From contig CAWUJX010000001.1 in assembly GCA_963922635.1 (NCBI GenBank), positions 1-63,113 of the forward strand: 63,113 nucleotides of DNA, given 5' to 3'. The first letter of the stretch is position 1; every line of letters begins with the position of its first letter. This DNA is from an uncultured Hyphomicrobiales bacterium. GTDB lineage: Bacteria; Pseudomonadota; Alphaproteobacteria; Rhizobiales; Rhizobiaceae. The position numbers were made by a program, and so were the translations under genes. Of this stretch, positions 38,535 through 48,144 are shown piece by piece. The notes under the pieces are model-generated. The model saw only the letters and a program-made list of their open reading frames with translations. It made no database searches and had not been told where the DNA came from.

Positions 38535-39227
38535 CTATTGTTTGATGCGTTTTCGATATACCCCAGTTTCAAGCTGTAACGCTTCTTGAAGTAGCCTGTT
38601 TTCCTCAATTTCACCGGATGTCATAGTTCCGATATCAATTTCAACAGGACTTTTGGGAACTGGAATGACTTGCGCAACGGGTGTTCCAGCCGCAATCGTG
38701 CCTTCGAAGCCGTCGGCCAATATTGCAGGAAAATGCACATAACCATGCTTGAAGCTACTGCAATCCACGCGACCGCTAAGGGTGTTGAATGGCAGATCCG
38801 GCCGGTTAAGGGGATGCACAAACAGTAAATCCCAACCCTCCGACACCTCTAACGTCCAGAAGTTCATGAACTTGATGATCAGTGCTTTGCTGGTGTTAAA
38901 GGGCGCGCCTTCACCCTGCTCTGGAACATGTATCCCTATGGGCGAACGGCTGATGGCAGCGTCTTCAAGAATTGGTGGGTCCCAATCCCACGAAAGTTCG
39001 CCATCCTTGACGTATAGATCTGTCGCCAACGGAAGCAGCAAACCCGACGAAAACGCATCAATAAAAGGAACGCAGTGTTTTGCGGTGCGAATTTCCTCGC
39101 CGCCTAGGGTCTCCGCTGACACCTTAGTGGGCATTGCCTTGAACCATTCAGGTAGAGAAGATGCTGCAAGAACAGGCTTGGGTAACAAGGTCTCAAGCTT
39201 GGGATGGCAACGCGCAATAATTTTCAT
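38535..39227 (-). CDS. hypothetical protein (last gene of the ABC transporter operon)
   Basis: 230-aa ORF starting 8 nt after the permease stop. It has no TM helix or signal peptide and no motif I recognise. Confidence 0.6.
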   Translation of the reverse strand: MKIIARCHPKLETLLPKPVLAASSLPEWFKAMPTKVSAETLGGEEIRTAKHCVPFIDAFSSGLLLPLATDLYVKDGELSWDWDPPILEDAAISRSPIGIHVPEQGEGAPFNTSKALIIKFMNFWTLEVSEGWDLLFVHPLNRPDLPFNTLSGRVDCSSFKHGYVHFPAILADGFEGTIAAGTPVAQVIPVPKSPVEIDIGTMTSGEIEENRLLQEALQLETGVYRKRIKQ

Positions 39228-39235
39228 GATTGTGT

Positions 39236-40063
39236 TTAGCGCGATTCACGTTTCAGGAAAAACGTATGCGCAACAGCCGCAATGACTGTGAGAACAATGA
39301 TGACCGTACCAACTGCATTGATCACGGGCGGATGGCCATTCGGATTGCGCGCCATGGCCCCTATCTCTGTTGCAAAAGTGCAAGCACCACCTTTGGCAAA
39401 CATGGTCGTGTTGTAGTTTTCCATTGAGGCAAGAAACGCAATAACTCCGGCAGACAACAGGGCTGGTAAAAGAAACGGTAATGTTATTCGGCGGAATACC
39501 CGGAAGGGCGATGCACCTAGGTCAAGTGCTGCCTCTTCCAGTTCCACAGGCTGACGTTGAAGGCGCGCCATAAGGATCAGAAGCGGATAGCCGGCAACAA
39601 ATGTCGTCTGCGCCATGATGATAGTGAAGAGCCCAGCATTCACACCAAGTCTTCCCCAGAAAACCAATGCGGAAAGCCCAAGGACTACGCCTGGTGCCAG
39701 CATTGGTGACAATAATACCCACCAAAGAATACCATTCGCGCGACTGCGCCATCGAGTGAGAAGCACCGCTCCGGAAAGTCCCAGCGTAAGCGAAAGCGGC
39801 ACAACAATCGCAGCGACCAATAGTGAGTTTTGAAAACAGGCGATAAAGCGATCTCGATCTAGGGCGCGTAATACACCATCGGCGCGGATCTGTTCCTCCG
39901 GCATCCAAAAGAAAGCGTACCATTTGTCGGTAAACCCACGCCAATCTGTAACAGAAGGCGGTGATGTATTGTTAAAGCTCGTGACGACCATCAGCATCAG
40001 TGGTGCAAACATGAATGCGAGAAACGCCCACATGTATGCATTCAAAATCCGTTGCGACGTCAT
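39236..40063 (-). CDS. ABC transporter permease (PotC/PotI-like)
   Basis: ATG 40063 overlaps the upstream stop (ATGA). It has 6 TM helices and an EAA-type loop (LEEAALDLGASPFRVFRRITLPFLLPA). Confidence 0.85.
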   Translation of the reverse strand: MTSQRILNAYMWAFLAFMFAPLMLMVVTSFNNTSPPSVTDWRGFTDKWYAFFWMPEEQIRADGVLRALDRDRFIACFQNSLLVAAIVVPLSLTLGLSGAVLLTRWRSRANGILWWVLLSPMLAPGVVLGLSALVFWGRLGVNAGLFTIIMAQTTFVAGYPLLILMARLQRQPVELEEAALDLGASPFRVFRRITLPFLLPALLSAGVIAFLASMENYNTTMFAKGGACTFATEIGAMARNPNGHPPVINAVGTVIIVLTVIAAVAHTFFLKRESR

Positions 40064-41484
40064 GATTGAACCCTCGCAAAGTCTTTCAGTCTTGTGCGCA
40101 TCACGTACATGAAAAGCGCCACAATCACGAAACACAGGAACGTGTAGGAGAACGAGTAGGCCGCACCCACGTTGGAATTCTCGGATTCGAAGAATTTATT
40201 GTAGATGGTTTGCGCAAACCACTCTGATTGTAACCCACGGGAAATGATGCGTGGCACAGAAAACGCCCCAGCGGCCAGCATAAATGTTGCGATACAGCCC
40301 ACTGCGATGCCCGGCTTTGAATGGGGAATAATAATGCGCCAGTGAATACGCGCTTCGTTAGCGCCCAAATCACGGGCGGCTTCAATCTGATTTTTGTCCA
40401 GCGTGGACATCACATTGTAAATCGGAAAGACCATGAAGAGCACATAAGTATAGACGATAACCACGAACACGGTCATCGCAGAACGCTTGAATTGTATTGC
40501 CTCGCCCGCTTCCAAACTGATGACGCCCAGCCAGTCCAGCAGTGCATTTAGCAAGCCCTGGTTGTCGATGATTGACGTCCAGGCGTAGACCCGCATCAAT
40601 TCAACAATTGCATACGGAATAAGAAGCCCAAGAAATAGCCAAACTGCTTTCTCGGGCGGGGTTGCCAGTGCCAGCTTGAATGCAATCGGGTAACAAACGA
40701 ACAACGCGAGAGCCGTCGCAAATATGGCAAACAGGATTGTCCGCGTAAGAGTGGTGGCGCCAATACGCTCATAAACGACGCCATCCCTCTCGAAACGCAA
40801 GCCGACCATGGAATAGAACCACTTGGATACCTTTGCGTCTTCGATGGCTTTTTGTTCAGCAGACAGAGGAATGGCAATTGGCTCGACCAGAATTCCAAAA
40901 TTGCCAAGTGTGAGGCCAGTGCTGTTGGCTTCGCGCTCCAAGAGTTCTTTATGGAGAACGCCAGCCATTTCGCCAACTTTCTTGGCAGTTTCAATTTGAA
41001 CCTCTAGTGAATCTGTATCGCTAACGGTGAGCAGAGGAAGGTCATACAATTCGTTGAGCCACTCACTGCTTCCTTCAGAGCGGACCATCTGCTTTCGGGT
41101 GGTCGTTCTATCGCATTGAAGGATATATGGGCGTGTGGTGCCGCTATCGATATTGCCACCGGCTGATGGAACCGCCATTCCGGAAGCAGACGGAACTGCC
41201 ATGCCGGAAGCGGAAGGCACCGCCACGCCGCCATCCGATGACGGTGCAGGCGAAGTACGGTTTTCCTCATCGGCTGCAAAGCGGTTCAAAACACCTATGC
41301 AGGTAAACGCATCGCGTTCGAGGTTAGCTGCGATCGAACTATCCAACTGACGCTTGGGCGGTGTCATTGCCCGCTCCAGCATCGTGACTTGCGGCAGGAT
41401 GATCAATAACGCAGCCCAGATCGCTGTTGCCGCAAAGAACAGCGATACCAAACCAGTGCCGTATCCTTTTAGAAGTGATTTCAT
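40060..41484 (-). CDS. ABC transporter permease (PotB/PotH-like) with a roughly 200-aa periplasmic insertion
   Basis: EAA loop IEAARDLGANEARIHWRIIIPHSKPG. The long hydrophilic segment after TM1 contains a (M/V)AVPSASG tandem repeat. Confidence 0.85.
   Translation of the reverse strand: MKSLLKGYGTGLVSLFFAATAIWAALLIILPQVTMLERAMTPPKRQLDSSIAANLERDAFTCIGVLNRFAADEENRTSPAPSSDGGVAVPSASGMAVPSASGMAVPSAGGNIDSGTTRPYILQCDRTTTRKQMVRSEGSSEWLNELYDLPLLTVSDTDSLEVQIETAKKVGEMAGVLHKELLEREANSTGLTLGNFGILVEPIAIPLSAEQKAIEDAKVSKWFYSMVGLRFERDGVVYERIGATTLTRTILFAIFATALALFVCYPIAFKLALATPPEKAVWLFLGLLIPYAIVELMRVYAWTSIIDNQGLLNALLDWLGVISLEAGEAIQFKRSAMTVFVVIVYTYVLFMVFPIYNVMSTLDKNQIEAARDLGANEARIHWRIIIPHSKPGIAVGCIATFMLAAGAFSVPRIISRGLQSEWFAQTIYNKFFESENSNVGAAYSFSYTFLCFVIVALFMYVMRTRLKDFARVQS
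41161..41226. repeat. 24-bp (8-aa) imperfect tandem repeat, about 2.75 copies, inside the permease periplasmic loop
   Basis: The minus-strand translation reads VAVPSASG-MAVPSASG-MAVPSA; read directly from the sequence. Confidence 0.8.
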
Positions 41485-42617
41485 CCTGCGGCCAATTCTT
41501 CGCGTCCAGTCCGTGCGAGCGGTCCGGTTGGTAACACAATTGCCGCGTCTGAATTAAAGCCAATCGTCGTGTCTTCGTTAGTCTCAGAAAAAACAGGAGC
41601 GCCGGTATTAGTCATATGCATGGAGATCAGCTTGTCACTACCAGGTGAACCGGCACGCATTTGTAAGTTTACAAACGCGCCCTCAAGGTCTCTGCGTTCA
41701 AGCCGCGCACCCATTTCATTTTTGTATTTCTTGGTTCGCCCACTTTTCTGGAACGCCACACTTTCGGGTCGCACAAATAGGATTGCCTCGTCGCCAATGC
41801 CAAGCTTTGACGGATTGCGGCCTAAAAGTTTTCCGTAAGGCGTGTCAAGGAGTGCAAGTTCTTTATCGAGTTTTTCCACCTTGCCTGAAAAATGATTTAC
41901 CTCTCCAACGAAACTCGCAACAAAGGCCGTTTGCGGGTTTGAGTAAACGTCGTCTCCACTGCCCACTTGTTCGATCCGTCCCTCGTTCATAACAGCAATA
42001 CGGTCGGACATGGTGAGGGCCTCACCCTGATCATGGGTGATATAAATGAAAGAGACGCCGGTTCTTTCCTGGATTGACCTGAGTTCGGCGCGCATGTGTT
42101 GACGCAGTTTCAAGTCAAGTGCCGACAGGGGTTCATCGAGCAAAAGGACTGCTGGTTCGACCGCAAGAGCGCGGGCAATCGCCACCCGTTGGCGCTGACC
42201 ACCGGAGAGTTCCGTTGGTTTTTTGTCTGCTTGGTCTGAGAGGGCAACAAGATCGAGTAATTCTTCCGCACGTTTGCGGCGGGATAATTTTGAAGCACCA
42301 CGGGCTTCCAATCCAAACGCCACATTTTCCCATACGGTCATCAGTGGGAAAAGCGCGAGGTTTTGGAAGATCAATGCGGTCGGACGGTTATTCGGACCTT
42401 TCCCGACCTGATCTTCGCCACCGATCAGCACACGCCCCTCGGATGGATCAACAAAGCCTGATACAGTTCTAAGGATCGTGGTTTTCCCGCATCCTGACGG
42501 ACCGAGAATTGAGAAGAACTCACCTGCTTCAATGGTCAGATTGGTTGGATAAACCGCAGTGAAGCCATTCGGATAGGTTACTGACAGATTGTCGAGGATG
42601 ATTTCCTTGCCGCGCAT
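41481..42617 (-). CDS. ABC transporter ATP-binding protein (PotA-like)
   Basis: Walker A GPSGCGKTT, signature LSGGQRQRVAIARAL, Walker B LLLDEPLSALD, and a C-terminal TOBE-like domain. Confidence 0.9.
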   Translation of the reverse strand: MRGKEIILDNLSVTYPNGFTAVYPTNLTIEAGEFFSILGPSGCGKTTILRTVSGFVDPSEGRVLIGGEDQVGKGPNNRPTALIFQNLALFPLMTVWENVAFGLEARGASKLSRRKRAEELLDLVALSDQADKKPTELSGGQRQRVAIARALAVEPAVLLLDEPLSALDLKLRQHMRAELRSIQERTGVSFIYITHDQGEALTMSDRIAVMNEGRIEQVGSGDDVYSNPQTAFVASFVGEVNHFSGKVEKLDKELALLDTPYGKLLGRNPSKLGIGDEAILFVRPESVAFQKSGRTKKYKNEMGARLERRDLEGAFVNLQMRAGSPGSDKLISMHMTNTGAPVFSETNEDTTIGFNSDAAIVLPTGPLARTGREELAAG

Positions 42618-42692
42618 AAAACCGGGCCTGCTGTTATGAGGAGAAAAGTCAAGGGGCCCAAGAACGGCCCCTCGTTTTTGGTCTGCACTTGG

Positions 42693-43814
42693 TTATGCGT
42701 TGGTGATGATGTCCACATATTCATTGCGAACCGGCGCAAAGAACGGTGTATCAGCTTGCCACCACCACATGTTGCTCAGAACGTCAGAAGTGTAGACGTC
42801 GTTAAACTGCTTCTTAAACTCTTCAGAAGCGAAGTCAGCGGCACCAGCCACAGCCGAGTTGTAGCCTGTGTTGTTCGCAAACATGCCACCGGTTTCCGGC
42901 TTCAACATGAAGTTCATGAAAGCGACAGCCTGATCTTTGTTTTCAGCAGCCTTCAACACGCCAAAGCTATCGAGCCATGTGATGATGCCTTCTTTAGGTG
43001 CACGGTAAACAACGTTTGAGTTTTCGCGGTTCAGCAGAAGACCAGTTGTGTCCCAAGTCTGGCCGATGACACATCCCGCATCGTTAAAGGCAGCAGTTGC
43101 TTCCGTCGCGTTGTTCCAGAAAGCACCGAAATGGTCTTTACGCTCAAGCATCCACTTCACACAAGCGTCCCAAACGCGGCGCATGTCTTCTTCAGATTTG
43201 TAAACATCAAGCATACGGTTTGATGGCACTTCGCCGATTGCATCAAGATAAAGGCCAACACCCATTAGAACTGATTTCTGACGGAATGCGGATTTTCCTT
43301 CAGTGCCGTCACGGAAGAGATCAGAGTAGGAAATTTCTCCATCCGCGATGTTGAGTGTGCCGCGGTCAAGCGTGATGCCCTCAGTGCCCCAGTCAAACGG
43401 AAGCAGGATTTGTTCACCTTTAAACATGCCACCGAGTGTTGCGCTGTCACGCAGGAAGGATGGAATAACGGCATCAACGTTTACAGCGTCGGGGATCGGT
43501 GCAAAGAAGCTTTCACCGCTGTCATCGACGTAGTTGGCTGAGTTAGTGATTGACGGGAAAACGATATCGAAACCCTTACCGCCAGCAGCGCGAACGGTGC
43601 TTTCTGCCTCATCGTTTGAACCATATGTGGTCAGCTCGAGCTTGATACCTGTTTCTTTTTCAAATTTCTCGGCGATGTTTGGTTGAACATAATCCTGCCA
43701 GGCAAACACTTTTACGGTGCCGGAAGATGCGAGCGCATCATGGGCGCGCAACACAGCAGGCGTTGCGATCAGGGCAGCGGAACCCTTAAGAACGTTACGA
43801 CGGGTGATAGTCAT
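42693..43814 (-). CDS. ABC transporter substrate-binding protein (PotD/PotF-like) with Tat-type signal
   Basis: MTITRRNVLKGSAALIATPAVLRA has an RR-like motif plus a hydrophobic region. It is followed by the typical SBP_bac_8-like VKVFAWQDY. Confidence 0.85.
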   Translation of the reverse strand: MTITRRNVLKGSAALIATPAVLRAHDALASSGTVKVFAWQDYVQPNIAEKFEKETGIKLELTTYGSNDEAESTVRAAGGKGFDIVFPSITNSANYVDDSGESFFAPIPDAVNVDAVIPSFLRDSATLGGMFKGEQILLPFDWGTEGITLDRGTLNIADGEISYSDLFRDGTEGKSAFRQKSVLMGVGLYLDAIGEVPSNRMLDVYKSEEDMRRVWDACVKWMLERKDHFGAFWNNATEATAAFNDAGCVIGQTWDTTGLLLNRENSNVVYRAPKEGIITWLDSFGVLKAAENKDQAVAFMNFMLKPETGGMFANNTGYNSAVAGAADFASEEFKKQFNDVYTSDVLSNMWWWQADTPFFAPVRNEYVDIITNA

Positions 43815-44134
43815 GATTTGTATCCTCTACGGAATGCGAAATTGCATTGCGCGCGAAGCGTTAAAACCGAATTGTAAAGGCTGCTTGTCAGTTACATTGC
43901 AGTTTTGTGACATACACAGAAAAGGCAAAAGCGGAGTGTTTCACACTTGCCCAACCCAAATTCTCGGCAATCCTATCCAATAAGCACCTGATCACTCAAA
44001 AATCGGACTGTAACAGGTAAAGCACTGTGAAAATTAATCATGGATTGCCCAAAGTCTTCGGGGCACTAAAAATATTCCCGTACGCCATACCGGGCTTAAT
44101 AATCTAAAATCTCAAAAACAAATCAGGAGAAATT

Positions 44135-44180
44135 TGGTAGCGGGAGAGGGACTTGAACCCCCGACACGCGGATTATGATC
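44135..44180 (-). other. 3' half of a tRNA gene (CAT anticodon loop to CCA): att-type remnant at the island border
   Basis: The minus strand reads ATCATAATCCGCGTGTCGGGGGTTCAAGTCCCTCTCCCGCTACCA. That covers the anticodon loop (CAT), 3' anticodon stem, variable loop, T-arm GGGGG-TTCAAGT-CCCTC, acceptor 3' strand and CCA. No matching 5' acceptor or D-arm follows, so this is not an intact tRNA. Confidence 0.75.
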
Positions 44181-44310
44181 GGGTTCAGGAGGGTTTTCAT
44201 ATCAAATCATAGTTGCGCATAAGTCATTGAAATAATTTAATAATTGACAATATCAGGCTCCATACGCTCTCATAGGAATGCACCCTTAACAGCAACATTC
44301 TGAGCCTAAG

Positions 44311-45345
44311 ATGAGCCTAAAGCCACTAACTGATCTAACTATCCAAAAGCTATCCGTTCCGGAGAGCGGACAGCGGGTTGTCTATGAACCTTCCGGTCTT
44401 GGTGTGCGGGTTTCACAAGGCGGAACAAAATCATTTGTCATTCAACTTGGAGATCGTCGCAAACGCAAGACGCTTGGCAGATACCCGCGTATGAGTCTCA
44501 AGGAGGCCCGTGCTGCCGCCTTACAGCTACGAAACGATCACGACCCCACGTATGAAGATAAACCATCCTCTGTGGTCATTGATGCGTATCTGGAAGCCTG
44601 TTCATATAAGAACACGCCAAAGACTGTGACGGGTTATCGAAAGATACTCCGTACCTATTTCCCAAAGGGTAACATCCAATCGATTGATCGAAAGCGATTG
44701 GTTTCTGTTCTGCGTGATTTAAGTGACCGTCCCGGACAACAGCACCATGTCACAGCCATGTTCCAGATTTTCATGAACTGGTGCGTGAACAATGGCTATG
44801 TCGATTACAACCCAATCGCGGGTTTGAAAAACCAAGGCCGCAAAGGAGTGCGTGACCGCATACTGGATGATCACGAGCTGAAAGCCATCTGGAATGCTCT
44901 ACCGGAAGATCGATACGGCACATACGTGAAACTGCTAATCCTGACTGGCCAGCGGCGCGGGGAAATCCCCTTCATTAGGATAAGTGGCGATACCGCTCAC
45001 ATTGACGGTGCGCATACCAAGAACCGCCGCAGTCATTCCTTTCCAGTTGGTCCATTGACGAAAGAACATTTTGAACCTGTAACATGGAATGGTTGGGGTA
45101 AATCAAAACGGCGGCTGGAAGAAGAAACAGGGGTGGTCAGTTGGACCTATCACGACCTCCGACGCACCTTCGCTAGCAATCATGCGCGGCTAGGAACTCA
45201 AATTCATGTAATCGAGAAAATGCTCAACCATGTATCCGGAAAAATCTCTGGCGTGGCCGCAGTCTATAATCGATACAGCTACATGGATGAAATGCGCGAG
45301 GCTTGTTTGAAATATGAGGATTGGCTAGAAGTTATCATTAAATAA
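44311..45345 (+). CDS. tyrosine integrase, P4-like (N-terminal arm-binding DUF4102-type domain)
   Basis: LTDLTIQKLSVPESGQRVVYEPSGLGVRVSQGGTKSFVIQ N-domain. Catalytic R (GQRRGE), HDLRRTF, LNH and Y (YNRYSY). Confidence 0.9.
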   Translation: MSLKPLTDLTIQKLSVPESGQRVVYEPSGLGVRVSQGGTKSFVIQLGDRRKRKTLGRYPRMSLKEARAAALQLRNDHDPTYEDKPSSVVIDAYLEACSYKNTPKTVTGYRKILRTYFPKGNIQSIDRKRLVSVLRDLSDRPGQQHHVTAMFQIFMNWCVNNGYVDYNPIAGLKNQGRKGVRDRILDDHELKAIWNALPEDRYGTYVKLLILTGQRRGEIPFIRISGDTAHIDGAHTKNRRSHSFPVGPLTKEHFEPVTWNGWGKSKRRLEEETGVVSWTYHDLRRTFASNHARLGTQIHVIEKMLNHVSGKISGVAAVYNRYSYMDEMREACLKYEDWLEVIIK

Positions 45346-45401
45346 TGTCTTTGATCCAAGTTGTTTCCTTCCCAAGAAATGACCTGGCTCCACGAATACA
45401 G

Positions 45402-46901
45402 TTACTCCTGTTTGATTGCAGCAGGCCGATAGTCGAAAAACTTATTGTAATTTGCAAATCTCTTTAGACTGTTACAATAGTCGACCTCCCCTGCGAAACT
45501 GACCAACTCAAGATAGCCCTCGCTGATTGGCTGAAAACCGCTCTTGTCAACAGGAACAAAAACTGGCTCAAGGGCAATTTCGTTCTCTCTGGATATTTGA
45601 CCTGCAACCAGCGAAACTGTGCTTTCAGCCAGCGGTTGATCAGTCTCTGTGTAGGGTGTCACAGGCTCCGAACCGTCAATTTCAACAAATGCAACGTTGC
45701 CTACAGGTGGCCACCTAAAACCATCCAATATAGGTTCAAAATCAAAGCCGGTACCCAACCATAACTCAGATGCAGTTAAAAAGTTTACTCGTGCTGGCCT
45801 TCCCATTAGATAGGAACCACTAAGTGATATCAAACAATCTTCGCATTCAAACCAACCAACAATTGAATTCCTAAAATTGAGCTTGAAATTACCCGTCAAT
45901 TCTAAGCGTCCTATGTAAACGTCGCTTATATTAACTTCCGTTCCATCGGGGATTGCATCCTTCTCGGAGAGCGCGATTAATGCTGATAAAGCGATTATTG
46001 GATTGTCATCCTTTAGCAAAGGAATCAATGAAGCGATGACATTGTTACCAATTTCAGGCGACCTGATGAGGTCAACAATAGCAAATATTTCAGAAGTTGT
46101 GCCTACCTCCTTCAGAGGTTGTTCCCTTCCTTCAAGCCAACATTCACGACCTGCACCACGAATGTTACTAAGTCCAGCGGACCTGTCCGGTATCGTTGAA
46201 GAGCCTCCTAATCTGTTTCGCAGTTCCGAGACCATAGATAAGGCCAAAAGTGCATTCTGTTTGGAGAACTGGGCAGTTTGTTCGCTTATCTTTTTATTCT
46301 GTTCAAATAGTAAGACCGATCCGGTAAATGTGCCAAAAGCCAAGAGAATTGCTGCACAAGTTCCAATCACCCAGCGATAAAAACCCGTCCAAGCATACCA
46401 GCTTACCGCTGACTTAACTGCTTCAGTTGCATGCCCGATTGCTTTTTCTCTATTTCCAGTCGAAGCATCTTCTACGGCATTAATTGTTGAATGGGCTATT
46501 GTTTCCAACGATCCTTCCGTCTGTCCAAGCAAAGAACTTAAAATTCGATCGCGGAAGAACAATACAATGACTAGTAGTAAAACGAGGACAGAAGCTGCAC
46601 CAAATGCGACTGCAGCCAAATCAAGAGCTCTATTTTCAGCGACACCCCAAACTCCTATAGCTATTGGCACAATTGTGAAAACCGCTACAAAAAACCCCGT
46701 CCAAAAAAATTGATGTTTTTGCAAATTACACCCTGAAAAACTTTGTACTAAAGCCAGTATAAAGAATAATCTGTTTAAGGTAAGTCTTTGCTGGCACCGA
46801 ATACAAATCAATTCTGAATTGCAAACATTATTGTGAAATGATGCACTATGGCTAACTTGCCAATATCGGGATTTCTGAATAGCCTTGAAGAGCTTAGGCA
46901 T
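45402..46901 (-). CDS. membrane protein, function unknown
   Basis: 499-aa ORF with an ATG start. It has 3-4 N-terminal TM helices (FFVAVFTIVPIAIGVWGV, LAAVAFGAASVLVLLLVIVLFF, VIGTCAAILLAFGTFTGSVLLF), then about 300 aa of soluble region with no motif I recognise. Confidence 0.55.
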   Translation of the reverse strand: MPKLFKAIQKSRYWQVSHSASFHNNVCNSELICIRCQQRLTLNRLFFILALVQSFSGCNLQKHQFFWTGFFVAVFTIVPIAIGVWGVAENRALDLAAVAFGAASVLVLLLVIVLFFRDRILSSLLGQTEGSLETIAHSTINAVEDASTGNREKAIGHATEAVKSAVSWYAWTGFYRWVIGTCAAILLAFGTFTGSVLLFEQNKKISEQTAQFSKQNALLALSMVSELRNRLGGSSTIPDRSAGLSNIRGAGRECWLEGREQPLKEVGTTSEIFAIVDLIRSPEIGNNVIASLIPLLKDDNPIIALSALIALSEKDAIPDGTEVNISDVYIGRLELTGNFKLNFRNSIVGWFECEDCLISLSGSYLMGRPARVNFLTASELWLGTGFDFEPILDGFRWPPVGNVAFVEIDGSEPVTPYTETDQPLAESTVSLVAGQISRENEIALEPVFVPVDKSGFQPISEGYLELVSFAGEVDYCNSLKRFANYNKFFDYRPAAIKQE

Positions 46902-46942
46902 TAAGTCGAAACCTGAGTATCGCGATACTCCAAATTAGGAGT

Positions 46943-47137
46943 ATGGCGATGAGCTTACTATCAAAGAAACAGGTGTTGAAAATGATCCCTGTCAGTACTG
47001 CAACTCTTCAACGGTGGGAACATGCTGGTGTCTTTCCCAAACGATTTCATATCGGTGGAAATGGTGCTTGGCAAAAAGCCTTCTGGAAAGAGGATGAAGT
47101 ACTGCAATGGATTGAGGAAAACGCCGCTGCGAGGTAA
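46943..47137 (+). CDS. AlpA/excisionase-like small HTH regulator
   Basis: 64 aa. LSKKQVLKMIPVSTATLQRWEHAGVFPKRFHIG matches the AlpA (phage_AlpA) pattern. The position next to a P4-type integrase is typical. Confidence 0.8.
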   Translation: MAMSLLSKKQVLKMIPVSTATLQRWEHAGVFPKRFHIGGNGAWQKAFWKEDEVLQWIEENAAAR

Positions 47138-47165
47138 CTCGTGACTACTCCGGTGACGGAGTTAA

Positions 47166-47194
47166 AGGGGCGATCTTCGGATCGCCTCTTCTTT
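47166..47194. terminator. bidirectional terminator hairpin (10-bp stem, TTCG loop) between alpA-like gene and the convergent HEPN operon
   Basis: AGGGGCGATC-TTCG-GATCGCCTCT is followed by TCTTT and preceded by TTAAA. Confidence 0.75.
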
Positions 47195-47227
47195 CTAAAA
47201 TTCAAAGCTTCTCCTAAGTGCTTTCAA

Positions 47228-48130
47228 CTAATAGGCGCATGTCAAACATACATCATCTTCATACAAAACATTGCCCTTACAATCGGGCGTATCACATTTA
47301 ACTCGTTTAACCGCAAAAGATTTGTCACAGATAAAGCAATATAAGTTTGTTGAAGTTGGCGATTTGGGTTTCAAAACTGCCAGACGTGTTTCAAACCCAG
47401 CGTCCCTGTTTGCAATTGAAAGACACTGCGGACAAGAATATCGTCTTTGCTTTTTATCAATATGAAAATACTTTTTCACTTTAGCGGGTTTTAGTAAGTT
47501 GATCGCGGCCTCCATCTCCCAACAAACCGTATTACGTGTAAATTCATAAGCTCCAAGATGCGCTACCGGCATTCTGTCCAAGAATTCGCTTCTATCTGTA
47601 GGCCAGTGATTTTGAGGAAATAGCTCAGAGTGCATCTCCAAAATCAACTCAACTAACTGAGATGGGCCGATTGATACATCTTGTGCAGTCGAGTGGGTTA
47701 TCTTGTTCCTCATTTTTCTTATCTCTTCAAACTTGGAACGGAATGTATCGGATAATTCCTTATTAGTGAAAGTCGAGATCATTCTTATTAGATCTTGAGC
47801 ATCTACAGATTTGAAGTCACTAAAAAGTATATTTCCTTCTGCACTAATGCCGGAGAATTTTGCTGTTGTGTCTTGTATCAATAAATATGGTGTTACTTCA
47901 GCAATATAACCCTTGAGTGATAGCTCGACACCTTGCTGCATTATCGTGGCTGCCGTGAGCAAAATTCTACGCGATGCAGACCAGTACTCATCCTCGGTCT
48001 CTTTGTCATACTCATTATAGCCATCAGAGATTGTCGTCATAAGATTTGCGACTTGATCCCAAGCCAATTGCAAATGGTCTAGGCCTACGTCCAAAAAATC
48101 TCGATGACTTGGAATATCTGATACAGCCAT
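47228..48130 (-). CDS. HEPN-like (Rx4H) protein with C-terminal multi-cysteine zinc ribbon
   Basis: FEEIRKMRNKITHS contains R-N-K-I-T-H, the Rx4-6H HEPN signature with Asn after Arg, and there is an upstream helix QQGVELSLKGYI. The C-terminus carries CPQC, CFIC, CDTPDC and CLTC. Confidence 0.6.
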   Translation of the reverse strand: MAVSDIPSHRDFLDVGLDHLQLAWDQVANLMTTISDGYNEYDKETEDEYWSASRRILLTAATIMQQGVELSLKGYIAEVTPYLLIQDTTAKFSGISAEGNILFSDFKSVDAQDLIRMISTFTNKELSDTFRSKFEEIRKMRNKITHSTAQDVSIGPSQLVELILEMHSELFPQNHWPTDRSEFLDRMPVAHLGAYEFTRNTVCWEMEAAINLLKPAKVKKYFHIDKKQRRYSCPQCLSIANRDAGFETRLAVLKPKSPTSTNLYCFICDKSFAVKRVKCDTPDCKGNVLYEDDVCLTCAY

Positions 48131-48144
48131 GATGGTACCATTGA

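Noticed and set aside
44135-44215. Possible intact tRNA gene.
   Set aside because: Only the anticodon loop through CCA is present. The sequence 5' of it (CAACTATGATTTGATATGAAAACCCTCCTGAACCCG on the minus strand) has no acceptor or D-arm complementarity.
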